Positions 44,808 through 55,749 of a stretch of DNA of 64,000 bases are shown piece by piece. Position numbers and translations under genes: made by a program. The notes below the pieces were generated by a model. It was not told the DNA's origin, made no database searches, and saw only the letters and a list, made by a program, of their open reading frames with translations. The stretch is taken from positions 544,001 to 608,000 of the forward strand of contig CAXXUA010000004.1 in NCBI GenBank assembly GCA_963663765.2. The letters are read 5' to 3'. The stretch comes from Candidatus Poribacteria bacterium (GTDB lineage: Bacteria; Poribacteria; WGA-4E; WGA-3G). The first letter of the stretch is position 1. Each line of letters begins with the position of its first letter.

Positions 44808-45767
44808 ATGCCAGCAAATCTTCCACCAACATACTATAAACTCAAACATCAGCATGAAGCTGCCAAAACGGATTCGGAGCGGTTGAGTCTGTTAGAAGAG
44901 ATGTTGCGTATTGTTCCGAAACACAAAGGCACTGAAAAGGTAGTATCTGACCTACGCAAACGTATCGCAGTGCTTAAAAAAGGGTCGTTAGGGAAAGGTG
45001 GAAAAGGGGCAGGTAAAAAGGGTTATAGTGAACATATACCAAAACAGGGTGCTGGTCAACTTGTGATGTTAGGACCTCCTAATAGTGGAAAGTCGCATAT
45101 CCTTGCTAACTGGACAAAAGCAAAACCTGAAGTATCCCCTACACCCTATACAACAACGATTCCAGTTGTGGGAATGTTGCCGTATGAGAATATTCAGTTC
45201 CAACTCATTGATACGCCGTCTTTGATGCCAGACTTTATTTTACCAAACGTCTTGACGTTAGTTAGAAATGCGGATTTGTGTTTAGGTGTCGTGAGCCTTG
45301 CCAATGATAATCTGTTAGATGACTTGGACTCGATTTTGACATTGTTCAAGGAGCAAAGAGGAGATGCTGAGGATGGCTCTTTGGGGTATATTGTTGTGGC
45401 AAATCAAATCGACACACCTGGAGCATCTGATAGGTTAGAGATTCTCACTGAGTTTTATGGGGATTCTATGCCTATCTATCCAATTTCAGCAGAAACGGGT
45501 GAAGGCAAAGATGCTATCCTACAAGGCTTATATAAGACATTGGATATTGTGCGTGTCTACCCGAAAGCGCCGGGGAAATCGGTAGAACGTGATGATCCGA
45601 TTGTGCTTCTGAATGGTGCGACGGTGCTTGACGCTGCGATGGGACTACACAAAGATTTTGCGGAGTTCAAGTTTGCGAGGATTTGGGGATCTGCATGGCA
45701 CGACGGTCAACCTGTTAGTCGAAATGATGTAATACATGATGGGGATGTAGTGGAATTTCATTTATAG
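44808..45767 (+). CDS. DRG/OBG-family GTPase with TGS domain
   Basis: MPANLPP, PKHKGTEK, GPPNSGKS, TGS tail FARIWG...DGDVVEFH. Confidence 0.88.
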   Translation: MPANLPPTYYKLKHQHEAAKTDSERLSLLEEMLRIVPKHKGTEKVVSDLRKRIAVLKKGSLGKGGKGAGKKGYSEHIPKQGAGQLVMLGPPNSGKSHILANWTKAKPEVSPTPYTTTIPVVGMLPYENIQFQLIDTPSLMPDFILPNVLTLVRNADLCLGVVSLANDNLLDDLDSILTLFKEQRGDAEDGSLGYIVVANQIDTPGASDRLEILTEFYGDSMPIYPISAETGEGKDAILQGLYKTLDIVRVYPKAPGKSVERDDPIVLLNGATVLDAAMGLHKDFAEFKFARIWGSAWHDGQPVSRNDVIHDGDVVEFHL

Positions 45768-45843
45768 ATGTTGTTGTATCAACGTAAGCGATATTATACC
45801 AGTTTACCTAATAGGCAATTTGTGGTCATTAGGTTTGCATATC

Positions 45844-47412
45844 ATGAAATACAAGAAATCTCGACAACCATTTTTGATATATTCAATTCTTTTGCACATT
45901 GTCCTGCTGTTTTGCGTGTGGTTGTTTTCTCCGAGAGAGGAATTACCAGATACGGTACACTTTCCTATCATTGACATTATACCGTTACCGCGTGAAACTG
46001 TCGTGAAGCCGCCAGTTGAAATTGAAGAACCGCTTGTACCTGTTGCGGAAGCAGCTGAACACGAAATAGTGGTAAAAACTCAACCACCACCTAAACCGAG
46101 TGTGGATTTGGATATGGATTGGTCTACGACTGAAAGCAATCCAGTTATTACACGACCACAGAAAAATTTAGCAGGACATAAAAAACCGGATCCTGAATTT
46201 GCAGACACCATTGCCATAAATGGGAATACTAAAGTATCCCAAAATCCGAGAACTCAAACATCAGTCCAAATTGAGCGTCACCATTTTTCAGTAACGTCTA
46301 CTTCTGATGGGACGACTGATGCACCACAAACAGAAATAGTCCCCATCCAGTTTGATTCTGAAGACAGTCCTAAGGGTGTTTCTCCTACCATTGGCACACC
46401 AAGCGTCAACTATGGCAGTCAGCGTGGAGATGCGTTTCATGTAGCAAGCATGAGCAATACTTGGGGTGGTGGGAGTACTCCTTCAAATACTGGCAAAGTC
46501 AGTGATGTCTACATCAAAATGATGACTGAAATTGCGCAAGGTCTGGCTGCTGCAACAAAATCTAAAAAGGTTGATGTCGTATTTATCTTGGACGAAACTG
46601 CGAGTATGGTTGATAATGTACGCGGTATCAGGGCATACATTGAGATCCTGTTTGATGCTTTCAAACGAGAGGGGCGGGATGTGACTTATGGATTGGTGAC
46701 GTTTACGGATAAGGCAAAATATCATGGACGTACTGCCAAACTTGGCACGTTTAAAAATTGGCTATTCAAAATTGATGTAGATAAAGGTGGTGACATCTCT
46801 GAAGCAGGATTAGATGCGTTGATGATGGCACTAAAAAAGAGTAAATTCCGGCGTGATGCACAACGGTTCTTTATCCTTGCGAGTGATGCTGCGTTCCATG
46901 ATGTTGATTATGATGGTAAGTCTGTGTATAGTCTGGACTCGGTGATTTCAACATTGCAGCGTGAAAAGGTGCGCGTGGAAGTCATCGGTATTGACTATTT
47001 GCCGATTAAGCAGATTGCCCTTGCTACGGGTGGTTCTTGGCGTGCAATTCCGGGGAAAGGTTATCTTGAATATACACCACCGTTGACTATGATGACAAAA
47101 ATGTTATCAAAATTGGGGACACTTAGTGGAGACGATAGCAGTGATAAGATCATAGTGCATGTGAACAACTTACCGCGTCCGAAACAGGTGACGTTGACAT
47201 GGAAGGTGCTTAATCCTTTAGGTGAGAAATGTTACGGTCCATTCAAGGAAACAAGAAACGTTCCGAATGATGATTCAACGAAAATAGAACTCACACCTAA
47301 TCTCAATCGCACTGTATTTCAGACTATTCCTGGGACTTATACAGTTATCTATCGTATTGAAAGTGATCGAGGTGAGAAAAGCATACTTCGCAGAACACTC
47401 GCCTATCAGTAA
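45844..47412 (+). CDS. vWA-domain membrane-anchored protein
   Basis: TonB-like N-terminal TM (SILLHIVLL), Pro-rich linker, MIDAS-like DETASM; start uncertain. Confidence 0.75.
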   Translation: MKYKKSRQPFLIYSILLHIVLLFCVWLFSPREELPDTVHFPIIDIIPLPRETVVKPPVEIEEPLVPVAEAAEHEIVVKTQPPPKPSVDLDMDWSTTESNPVITRPQKNLAGHKKPDPEFADTIAINGNTKVSQNPRTQTSVQIERHHFSVTSTSDGTTDAPQTEIVPIQFDSEDSPKGVSPTIGTPSVNYGSQRGDAFHVASMSNTWGGGSTPSNTGKVSDVYIKMMTEIAQGLAAATKSKKVDVVFILDETASMVDNVRGIRAYIEILFDAFKREGRDVTYGLVTFTDKAKYHGRTAKLGTFKNWLFKIDVDKGGDISEAGLDALMMALKKSKFRRDAQRFFILASDAAFHDVDYDGKSVYSLDSVISTLQREKVRVEVIGIDYLPIKQIALATGGSWRAIPGKGYLEYTPPLTMMTKMLSKLGTLSGDDSSDKIIVHVNNLPRPKQVTLTWKVLNPLGEKCYGPFKETRNVPNDDSTKIELTPNLNRTVFQTIPGTYTVIYRIESDRGEKSILRRTLAYQ

Positions 47413-47437
47413 CAGAGAATTGGAGCAATAGAGAGTA

Positions 47438-48607
47438 ATGAAAGATCTGATTTTTGAACATTGTCATCGTCATTTCACTGACATCGTTGCGATTCGTCGG
47501 GATATACATCGGCATCCTGAACTTGAGTTTGATGTGGAACGCACAGCAGGGATTGCTGCAGATTCGTTAGCTGCTCTTGGCATACCTGTTAAGACAGGAA
47601 TTGGCAGAACTGGCGTTGTGGGTGATCTGGAGGTATCTGGTGCGACAAAACGGATTGCTCTAAGAGCAGATATGGACGCGTTACCTATTCAGGAACAGAC
47701 AGATGTTCCCTATAAATCGATGTTTGATGGAAAAGCACATTTGTGCGGACACGATGCACACACTGCAATGCTCATCGGTACCGCAAGAATACTATCCGAA
47801 CTGAAAAGCCAACTGAAGGTTAATATCAGGTTTATCTTTCAACCTTGTGAAGAGGCATATCCTGGTGGTGCAGCAGCAATGATAGCCGATGACGTGCTGG
47901 AAGGTGTTGATGAAATCTACGGTATTCATGTCTTTCCGCTGTATCCTGTTGGGAAGTATGCGACTTGCGCTGGACCGATGCTTGCACAATCGGATACGTT
48001 TGAAATCACGATTACGGGACGAGGCGGTCATGCTGCATTTCCCCACCTGACTGTAGACCCTATCATCGTTGGGTCGCAGTTTGTCAACGCTGCTCAATCT
48101 GTGGTGTCAAGAAATGTGAACCCGTTGGACTCGGCAGTTGTCAGCATAACGCAGTTTCACGGTGGTGATGCAAAGAACGTTATTCCTCCCTCTGTAACAC
48201 TGGCGGGTACTGTCCGAACTTTAGACCCAAAGGTGCAGATGCATGTTAGGACTCAGTTGGAGAACATACTCGCTGGAATAGCGAAGGCGCATGACGCACA
48301 ATACACGTTTGCTTATCAGGAAGGATGTCCTGTGACTTACAACCATGAACCGTGTGTTGATATAGTTTTACGTTCAACTCACGAATTAGTGGGAGAGGAG
48401 AATGTGGATTATCCTATTTCACCGGTACTTGGTGGAGAAGATTTCGCATTTTATTCACAGCAGATCCCAGCATGTTTTGTCATGGTCGGTGCTGGCAATG
48501 AACAGAAAGGTATTATCAATATGTGTCATCATCCACAGTTTGATATTGATGAAACGTGTATGATTTACGGTATGGCACTCACGACGAGTCTGGGTTTAAT
48601 GGCGTAA
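47438..48607 (+). CDS. M20D amidohydrolase
   Basis: HRHPEL, RADMDALP, HLCGHDAH, FQPCEE, GEDF, HHPQF. Confidence 0.93.
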   Translation: MKDLIFEHCHRHFTDIVAIRRDIHRHPELEFDVERTAGIAADSLAALGIPVKTGIGRTGVVGDLEVSGATKRIALRADMDALPIQEQTDVPYKSMFDGKAHLCGHDAHTAMLIGTARILSELKSQLKVNIRFIFQPCEEAYPGGAAAMIADDVLEGVDEIYGIHVFPLYPVGKYATCAGPMLAQSDTFEITITGRGGHAAFPHLTVDPIIVGSQFVNAAQSVVSRNVNPLDSAVVSITQFHGGDAKNVIPPSVTLAGTVRTLDPKVQMHVRTQLENILAGIAKAHDAQYTFAYQEGCPVTYNHEPCVDIVLRSTHELVGEENVDYPISPVLGGEDFAFYSQQIPACFVMVGAGNEQKGIINMCHHPQFDIDETCMIYGMALTTSLGLMA

Positions 48608-48693
48608 TTATGGTGGTTGTGGTGTGTAATTATCAAGTAGCAAATTACAAAAACGAATTACAGTATGGACCGAACAGTAGAATGGAGAATTAA

Positions 48694-50994
48694 ATGTATA
48701 AATCAATCGCAGCATGGAAACGAATTGTAATCTCAGCACAAATATTGATCTTACTCCTATTTGTTGGAATTGATGTTTTTGCACAGGAGCAACCTAACAA
48801 TACGCAAACACAACAGGAGAGAATCCAAACTATAAGAGATATTCAAGCTGCAAACGATAACTATTATGAAAGACGTTATGCTGAAGCGATCAAGGCATAT
48901 CAAGCACTACTCAAAAAAGAAATTACACAGAACCAAAAGGATTCCATGCGGTTGATGCTTGGACAAAGTTATGCAAAACTCGGTGAAGATAAGGAAGCAA
49001 GAAGCATTTTAAAGGAAATTGTTGATGAAAATCCTGATGGTTCTTATGCGTCTCAAGCAGTGCATCAACTGTCAAACCTTTATAGTATGCGTTACAAGTA
49101 TAAAGAGGCGATTATTCTATGCAAACAGATACAACAACAACATCCGAAAAGTTCTGCGGCTGCGGTTGCAGCGTATCTCACAGCGTATCATCAATACTTA
49201 GATGGGAACTCTGAAGATGCGATCACAAGTTATAAGCATTTTCTTGATGAATATCCTACTTCCATTTATCGTTCTGCGGCAGTGAGTGGTCTTGTTCGTC
49301 TTTATACGCGAAATCAACAGTTCGCTGAAGCGGAAAAACTGATTAAGGAAAGGGTAAAACTAAATCCATCTGATACCACACTTTTAGAGGAATTGGCTAC
49401 CCTTTACCATCAACAGGGACAATCTCAGAAAGCACTTGAACTCTATGTAAGTGTGCTTGAAAAGAATCCTGCAAATACATCCATGCGTAGAAAACTTGGC
49501 AATCTCTATGCGGAACTTGGTAAGAAAGAACAGGCGATAGCAGAATGGAAAAAATCGGTTATAGGAAGCACGAGTCAATATCAGCAACTGGGTTCAATTT
49601 ACCTTTCACACAAGATGTATCCCGAAGCGGTAAAGGCGTTTCAACAAGCGATAGGAGCAAATCCAAGTTATTCCTACCTGTATATCCAGTTAGCATCAGT
49701 CTATAATATTCAGGGTGATATAGATAAAGCTGCGTCGACCTACCTTGATGGCTTACAGAGTGTTGGTCCCAGTGCAAGTCAACGGGACGCAATCTGGCAA
49801 GCTGTTCTTGAGATTTATGAAGGGGATAGACAGAAACCACTTAGAGAGAAGTTAATAGCTCAATACGAAAAGGTGTATCAGTCTTCGCCAAGAAACCTCA
49901 ATAACGCTTTGACGTTAGGTGAACTCTATTTCTATGCAGATCAACATGATAAAGCACTTCAAACATTTACTCAAACCCACCGAATTTATTCTACTTACGT
50001 GGATGCAACGTTGAAGAGATGTGCGAATTATTTACAACGCAAACAGCATCCTGCTGCGATTGACTTTTACAAGACACTGTTGCAGCTTTCAAGAAATAAC
50101 AGATATCTTTCCGAAGCAAGATATGCACTTGCAAGCATTTACGAAAACACAGAACAGTGGGAGGAAGCTGCTGAAGTCTTGAAGGAGATGAACAAAAACA
50201 GTACTACTTCTATTAACGGTCAAGTTTTACTTGCACAGATTCAGTTGCATGGTCTTCATGATCCAAAAGCTGCACAGATGACACTTCAACCTCTAATTGA
50301 CAGAAAGGTTTTATCTACTCAACACATAGAGTCCCAATTGGTTCTCGGTGAATGCCATCTACTCCTAAAGAGATATACGGTTGCGCGGCAAGTCTTAACA
50401 CCGATAGCAGACAGCAATGGTTGGTCAAGTGCATCAGCTTTTAAACTCATTGGAGACACATACTTTTTTGCCTCCGAATTTGATAATGCGACAGCAGAAT
50501 ATCGAAAGGTTCTAAGTGTCTCAACATCAGACAAACTCACGAATGATGCGCTTGAACAAATAGTGTTAATCCAAAGCAATACCGACTTTCTTACGATTCC
50601 ACTAACCGATTACGCAAACGCGCTTCAGCTGCACTTGAGTGGTAGCTCAAAGGCAGCGATCACGCAGTGTGAGGATACGATCTCACTCTATCCAAATGCA
50701 ATGGTCGTTGATGATTTGTGGATGCTTTTGGGATCCATATATATCTCACAGAAGGCTTATGGAGATGCAATTCATTCATATAAGCAGGTGGTTGCGCAGG
50801 AGAGTTCGTTAGCTGCTGAGGCTCTTACACAAATCGCTGACATATACAACAAGAAGAAAGATTATAAGAATGCAGCGGATACCTACACAACGCTACTGAC
50901 GACTTATCCTGACAATAGTATTGTTCCGCATGTCCGTCAGCAGTTGGACAAAATTACGAAGTTGATGGATACTACAAATCACAATTCTCCTTAA
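48694..50994 (+). CDS. Secreted TPR-repeat protein
   Basis: Signal peptide and many TPR-like repeats. Confidence 0.88.
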   Translation: MYKSIAAWKRIVISAQILILLLFVGIDVFAQEQPNNTQTQQERIQTIRDIQAANDNYYERRYAEAIKAYQALLKKEITQNQKDSMRLMLGQSYAKLGEDKEARSILKEIVDENPDGSYASQAVHQLSNLYSMRYKYKEAIILCKQIQQQHPKSSAAAVAAYLTAYHQYLDGNSEDAITSYKHFLDEYPTSIYRSAAVSGLVRLYTRNQQFAEAEKLIKERVKLNPSDTTLLEELATLYHQQGQSQKALELYVSVLEKNPANTSMRRKLGNLYAELGKKEQAIAEWKKSVIGSTSQYQQLGSIYLSHKMYPEAVKAFQQAIGANPSYSYLYIQLASVYNIQGDIDKAASTYLDGLQSVGPSASQRDAIWQAVLEIYEGDRQKPLREKLIAQYEKVYQSSPRNLNNALTLGELYFYADQHDKALQTFTQTHRIYSTYVDATLKRCANYLQRKQHPAAIDFYKTLLQLSRNNRYLSEARYALASIYENTEQWEEAAEVLKEMNKNSTTSINGQVLLAQIQLHGLHDPKAAQMTLQPLIDRKVLSTQHIESQLVLGECHLLLKRYTVARQVLTPIADSNGWSSASAFKLIGDTYFFASEFDNATAEYRKVLSVSTSDKLTNDALEQIVLIQSNTDFLTIPLTDYANALQLHLSGSSKAAITQCEDTISLYPNAMVVDDLWMLLGSIYISQKAYGDAIHSYKQVVAQESSLAAEALTQIADIYNKKKDYKNAADTYTTLLTTYPDNSIVPHVRQQLDKITKLMDTTNHNSP

Positions 50995-50999
50995 TTGAA

Positions 51000-52080
51000 C
51001 AGGACTTACGGAGTTTTCTTGATTTATGAAGATTAATAAATGAATTAGGTAATTCTAAACCCTCCATGGTAGGCGTGCTTTGTAAGCGCGCTGTTGAGAC
51101 TTGATCTGCCAGTGCGCTTACAAAGCACCAAATCAAGAAATCAACGGTATGAATGCTATAAAGCATTCCCCGGGTATGAATACCATTTAGACATTCCCCG
51201 CCTACCGTTTTTGCTTAAGTCCTGATGAAGAAATAAGATGAAAATGATGTAATTATCAGCGTTTTTTATGGGTTTCCGGCGCGCTTACAAAGCACGCCTA
51301 CCGTTTTTGCTTAAGTCCTGATGAAGAAATAAGATGAAAATGATGTAATTATCAGCGTTTTTATGGGTTTCCGGCGCGCTTACAAAGCACGCCTACCGTT
51401 TTTGCTTAAGTCCTGATGAAGAAATAAGATGAAAATGATGTAATTATCAGCGTTTTTATGGGTTTCCGGCGCGCTTACAAAGCACGCCTACCGTTATTGC
51501 TTAAGTCCTGATGAAGAAATAAGATGAAAATGATGCCATTATCAGCGTTTTTATGGGTTTCCGGCGCGCTTACAAAGCACGCCTACCGTTATTGCTTAAG
51601 TCCTGATGAAGAAATAAGACGAAAATGATGCCATTATCAGCATTTTTATGGGTTTCCAGCGCGCTTACAAAGCACGCCTACCGTTTTTGCTTAAGTCCTG
51701 ATGAAGAAATAAGATGAAAATGATGTAATTATCGGCGTTTTTATGGGTTTCCGGCGCGCTTACAAAGCACGCCTACCGTTTTTGCTTAAGTCCTGATGAA
51801 GAAATAAGATGAAAATGATGCCATTATCAGCATTTTTATGGGTTTCCGGCGCGCTTACAAAGCACGCCTACCGTTTTTGCTTAAGTCCTGATGAAGAAAT
51901 AAGATGAAAATGATGCCATTATCGGCGTTTTTATGGGTTTCCGGCGGGCTTACAAAGCACGCCTACCGTTTTTGCTTAAGTCCTGATGAAGAAATAAGAT
52001 GAAAATGATGCCATTATCAGCGTTTTTATGGGTTTCCGGCGGGCTTACAAAGCACGCCTACCGTTTTTGCTTAAGTCCTG
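51000..52080. repeat. Family A MITE with nine tandem ~95-bp amplified units
   Basis: One left TIR at 51000; right-TIR copies end at 51224, 51320, 51415 ... 52080; ATTGAA flanks both outer ends. Confidence 0.92.
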
Positions 52081-52108
52081 ATTGAATTCACCTTATTATA
52101 TTTTCAAA

Positions 52109-53773
52109 ATGGAATATCCTCAATATCTGTTACTTACCTACTTACTACTGTCCTCATGTCTTTTGCCATTAGATGCAGAGGAGACAAATATTCATTTTAT
52201 TGATCATACAGAAGCAGCAGGAATCAGCTTTAGACACGTCAACGGTGTGTCTAAACATAGGTATTTGCCAGAGACGATGGGAGCGGGTTGCCTCTTTTTT
52301 GATTACGACAATGACGGTCACCTTGATATCTATCTTGTCAACAGTGGGACTTCTTGTGAGGACGTGTCTCGTTCCCGAACGCAACCTAACGAGATTGACG
52401 TTCTTTATCGCAACAATGGTGATGGCACTTACACTGATGTTACTGCAAAAGCTGGAATTCGAGAGAATCTCGGATACGGCATGGGATGTCTTGCTGCTGA
52501 TTACGACAATGATGGCGATGCCGACCTATATCTCACCAATTATGGCAGAAATCAGCTTTATCGCAACAATGGTGATGGCACTTTTACTGATGTTACATCT
52601 ATAGCGGGTGTAGGGGATTCCCACTGGAGCGTCAGCTCTTCTTTCGGTGATTACAATTTGGATGGATACTTAGATCTGTATGTGGTGAATTATCTTGACT
52701 ATCAGGTTGAAACGGCACATGCGTGTTGGCTTGAAGGTATTCATATTTACTGCGGTCCACACGAATACCCAGGTGCACAGGATACACTATACCGCAACAA
52801 TGGGGATGGCACTTTCACTGATGTCACTACTCGTTCAGGTGTGCGTAATACTGGAAAGGGTTTAGGCGTCTTGTTCACAGATTACAATAACGATGGATTA
52901 CCGGATATTTTTGTTGCTAATGATGCAGTTCAGGATTACCTTTTTCGTAACAATGGTGATGGCACTTTTGCAGATGATGCAGTAACAGCAGGGGTTGCAT
53001 TTAATTCGGAAGGCCGCGCAACTGCAAGCATGGGAATCGCAAATGGTGATTACGATAATGATGGCATTCCAGACCTATTTATTACAAACTTTTCTATGGA
53101 AGTCAACAGCCTTTTTCACAATGATGGTGATGGTTTCTTTACAATGACAACTTTTGAAACAGGTCTTGCTGAACCCAGTTTTTCGCAACTCGGTTTTGGA
53201 ACACAGTTTCTTGATGCTGATAATGATGGGTATTTAGACATTTTCGTTGCGAATGGACATGTGTGGGATAATGTCGCCCAAATCACTCCTTCCCTTTCCT
53301 ACAAACAGAAATGTCAGTTTTTTCATAATAAAGGTACTGGAAGTTTCAATGATGTGTCCGAGTCTGTAGGGATGTTCTTTGCACGTCCAGTTGTGGCTCG
53401 AGGCACTGCTATTGGTGATTACGATAACGATGGAGACGTGGATATTCTGGTATCATGTTGTGGTGGGAGTCCTATGCTTCTAAGAAACGATTCACATACA
53501 ACGAATCATTGGCTGAAAATCCGATTGGTTGGTACTTCAAGCAACCGCGATGGAATTGGAACGAAAGTGAAAGTGAAAATCGCCGATAAGGTGCAGGTCA
53601 AAGAAGTTACTTGCGGTGGTAGTTATGCATCTGGAAGCGAACATTCCGTTCTTTTTGGACTTGGAGCACAATCAACAGTACAATCAGTTGAAATCCAATG
53701 GTTAGGAGGAGGGATCCAAAAACTAAAGAACATCCCAGCGAATCAAGTTATCCGAATTAAAGAAAATCAATAA
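52109..53773 (+). CDS. CRTAC1-like FG-GAP repeat / ASPIC-UnbV protein
   Basis: DYDNDGxxD repeats, SNRDGIG, FGLG; start uncertain. Confidence 0.88.
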   Translation: MEYPQYLLLTYLLLSSCLLPLDAEETNIHFIDHTEAAGISFRHVNGVSKHRYLPETMGAGCLFFDYDNDGHLDIYLVNSGTSCEDVSRSRTQPNEIDVLYRNNGDGTYTDVTAKAGIRENLGYGMGCLAADYDNDGDADLYLTNYGRNQLYRNNGDGTFTDVTSIAGVGDSHWSVSSSFGDYNLDGYLDLYVVNYLDYQVETAHACWLEGIHIYCGPHEYPGAQDTLYRNNGDGTFTDVTTRSGVRNTGKGLGVLFTDYNNDGLPDIFVANDAVQDYLFRNNGDGTFADDAVTAGVAFNSEGRATASMGIANGDYDNDGIPDLFITNFSMEVNSLFHNDGDGFFTMTTFETGLAEPSFSQLGFGTQFLDADNDGYLDIFVANGHVWDNVAQITPSLSYKQKCQFFHNKGTGSFNDVSESVGMFFARPVVARGTAIGDYDNDGDVDILVSCCGGSPMLLRNDSHTTNHWLKIRLVGTSSNRDGIGTKVKVKIADKVQVKEVTCGGSYASGSEHSVLFGLGAQSTVQSVEIQWLGGGIQKLKNIPANQVIRIKENQ

Positions 53774-53829
53774 TTATCCCTGATTCTCTGGTATATTATT
53801 ATTATTGGTTTTGTGAAAGTCATTTTGTG

Positions 53830-53858
53830 TTGACAAACGTGTTTAAATATTTTATTAT
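53830..53858 (+). promoter_or_regulatory. Sigma70-type promoter
   Basis: TTGACA-17 nt-TATTAT followed by an AAGGAGG RBS. Confidence 0.6.
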
Positions 53859-53878
53859 TAAAAACAAGGAGGTATAAT

Positions 53879-54646
53879 ATGAAAAGTTTAAAATATTGGA
53901 AAACTGTTAGTTACTGTTTAGTTTTGTGTATATTTACAGTCATGTCCGTAGGTATGGGTACTGTGCAAGCTGAAGTCTACTTTGGTGATCCATTTGAAGG
54001 TGGTGAACTGCAGAACCCAAATTGGAATTGGCAAAACGAACCACCTAATTGGGATCTCAGCAGTACACGCGATGGATTCCTTTACATGCAAGTTGACGAT
54101 ACAAGTAGGAATTTATGGGCTGACGATGGAACTCATCTTCTATATCAGGAAATTGATGTTGATGTGTTTGATGTTGAAACCCATTTCTTCGCCAGATGGG
54201 ATGCAAATTCTGGTGTTAGTGGAATTGTAGTAAAAAGTCCTGCTGATAATAACTGGGTAACTGTCAAGTTTTGGTCTCGTGATGCTAATGCCAGAGGTCA
54301 GATACAGTATCAAACAAAACAGAATGATAGCGGGAACGGTTTAACTGGAAACGCAGGATTTCAACCTGAGTATAGCAATACAGAACTTTTTCTACGTCTC
54401 AGGAAAAATGGTGATGAGTACACCTCATGGTATAAAACCGAAGAAGCGGCTGATTGGATTGAGATTGGCATTACCACTTTTGCTTTAACACCCCCGTTGT
54501 GGCTTGGAATTTATGTCGGAGATACAGATCTCAATGGTGGTCTTGAGGTAGAATACGAATATTTCAAGGACAATCTAAACGCTACTGATGTAGAACCTGA
54601 AGGTAAGGTTGCAACGACATGGGGTAAAGTAAAATCCCGTTATTAA
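53879..54646 (+). CDS. Secreted concanavalin-like (DUF1349-like) protein
   Basis: Signal peptide, LRLRKNGDEYTSWY, C-terminal VEPEGKVATTWGKVK. Confidence 0.7.
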   Translation: MKSLKYWKTVSYCLVLCIFTVMSVGMGTVQAEVYFGDPFEGGELQNPNWNWQNEPPNWDLSSTRDGFLYMQVDDTSRNLWADDGTHLLYQEIDVDVFDVETHFFARWDANSGVSGIVVKSPADNNWVTVKFWSRDANARGQIQYQTKQNDSGNGLTGNAGFQPEYSNTELFLRLRKNGDEYTSWYKTEEAADWIEIGITTFALTPPLWLGIYVGDTDLNGGLEVEYEYFKDNLNATDVEPEGKVATTWGKVKSRY

Positions 54647-54919
54647 TTTGATAGTAGTTGTATCTTGATTAGATACCCTATAGAAGTCAAATTATAGAGT
54701 ATAACCTCTTGTGGAAGGGGTTTCTAACCCCTTCCACAAGAGAAACTCCAACATATTTTAAAATTGACACCTATGTAGTTCCTATTGGATACCACTACTC
54801 ATAAGGTTTTTTAAGAGTGCGAAATTATCAACAACGATTTTTGCAGACATATTTTTTATGTATGAAAAACACATCGTTATATTCATTAAGTTCATATTAG
54901 GTAGAAATTGGAGAAAATA

Positions 54920-55735
54920 ATGAAAAATCGAAAGTTAAGCGAATATTTACATAATCCTTATATTTTAAGCAGAAAAATTATAGGAGTTAGCCTTTTCATC
55001 TTTATGTTTACAACGTTAACGATTTGGATAGGTGATGCAGCCGATGCACAGTCGTTTGGTGATCCGTTTGACGGCAATGATTTAAATAATTCTAATTGGA
55101 AATGGCAAAACGAGCCGTCTGAATGGGATGTAGGTGGGACTCTTGATGGACACCTGTACATTATGACTGATGATGCAGATAGGAATCTCTGGGCAAACGA
55201 CATGTCACATTTCTTGTATCAAGAAACTGAGACTGATATGTTTGATGTTGAAACCCAATTCAACGTCAGATGGGATACGAATAGTAGCGTTCTTGGATTG
55301 GTTGTAAAGAGTCCTGGCAATGTAGAGGATGATACTGATGATAACTGGGTAACCCTCAAATTCTGGGCTCGGGATGCAGGCAACAGAGGGCAAATACAGT
55401 TCCAACGTAAACAATCAGGTATGGGACCCGCCGATATTGGTTGGAGGTTCGGTGATTGGGGTGACATTCAACTTTCCCTTCGACTCAAAAAGGAAGGTGA
55501 TACATACACTGCATGGTATAAAGCAGAGGAAGACGAGGATTGGGTCGATATTGGACAGGGCACTTTTACCCTGACATCTCCACTTTGGCTCGGTATCTAT
55601 GCGGGTGTTGGTAATGCTGAAGGGGGCACGCTTGAAGTTGAATATGATTATTTACAAGACAATTTGAACCAATTCCCAGTAGAACCGGACGGTAAAGCGA
55701 CTACAACATGGGGTGCAGTAAAAACCCGTTATTAA
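54920..55735 (+). CDS. Paralogue of 53879-54646
   Basis: Shared FGDPF, WQNEP, NWVTxKFW, TTWG motifs. Confidence 0.7.
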   Translation: MKNRKLSEYLHNPYILSRKIIGVSLFIFMFTTLTIWIGDAADAQSFGDPFDGNDLNNSNWKWQNEPSEWDVGGTLDGHLYIMTDDADRNLWANDMSHFLYQETETDMFDVETQFNVRWDTNSSVLGLVVKSPGNVEDDTDDNWVTLKFWARDAGNRGQIQFQRKQSGMGPADIGWRFGDWGDIQLSLRLKKEGDTYTAWYKAEEDEDWVDIGQGTFTLTSPLWLGIYAGVGNAEGGTLEVEYDYLQDNLNQFPVEPDGKATTTWGAVKTRY

Positions 55736-55749
55736 GGAGAATAGAGACT

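Noticed and set aside
44109-44855. Short ORFs in the intergenic region
   Set aside because: Most overlap palindromic repeats, and none has recognisable protein features
51225-52080. CRISPR array
   Set aside because: Units are near-identical along their full length, with no unique spacers and no cas genes; they derive from a MITE
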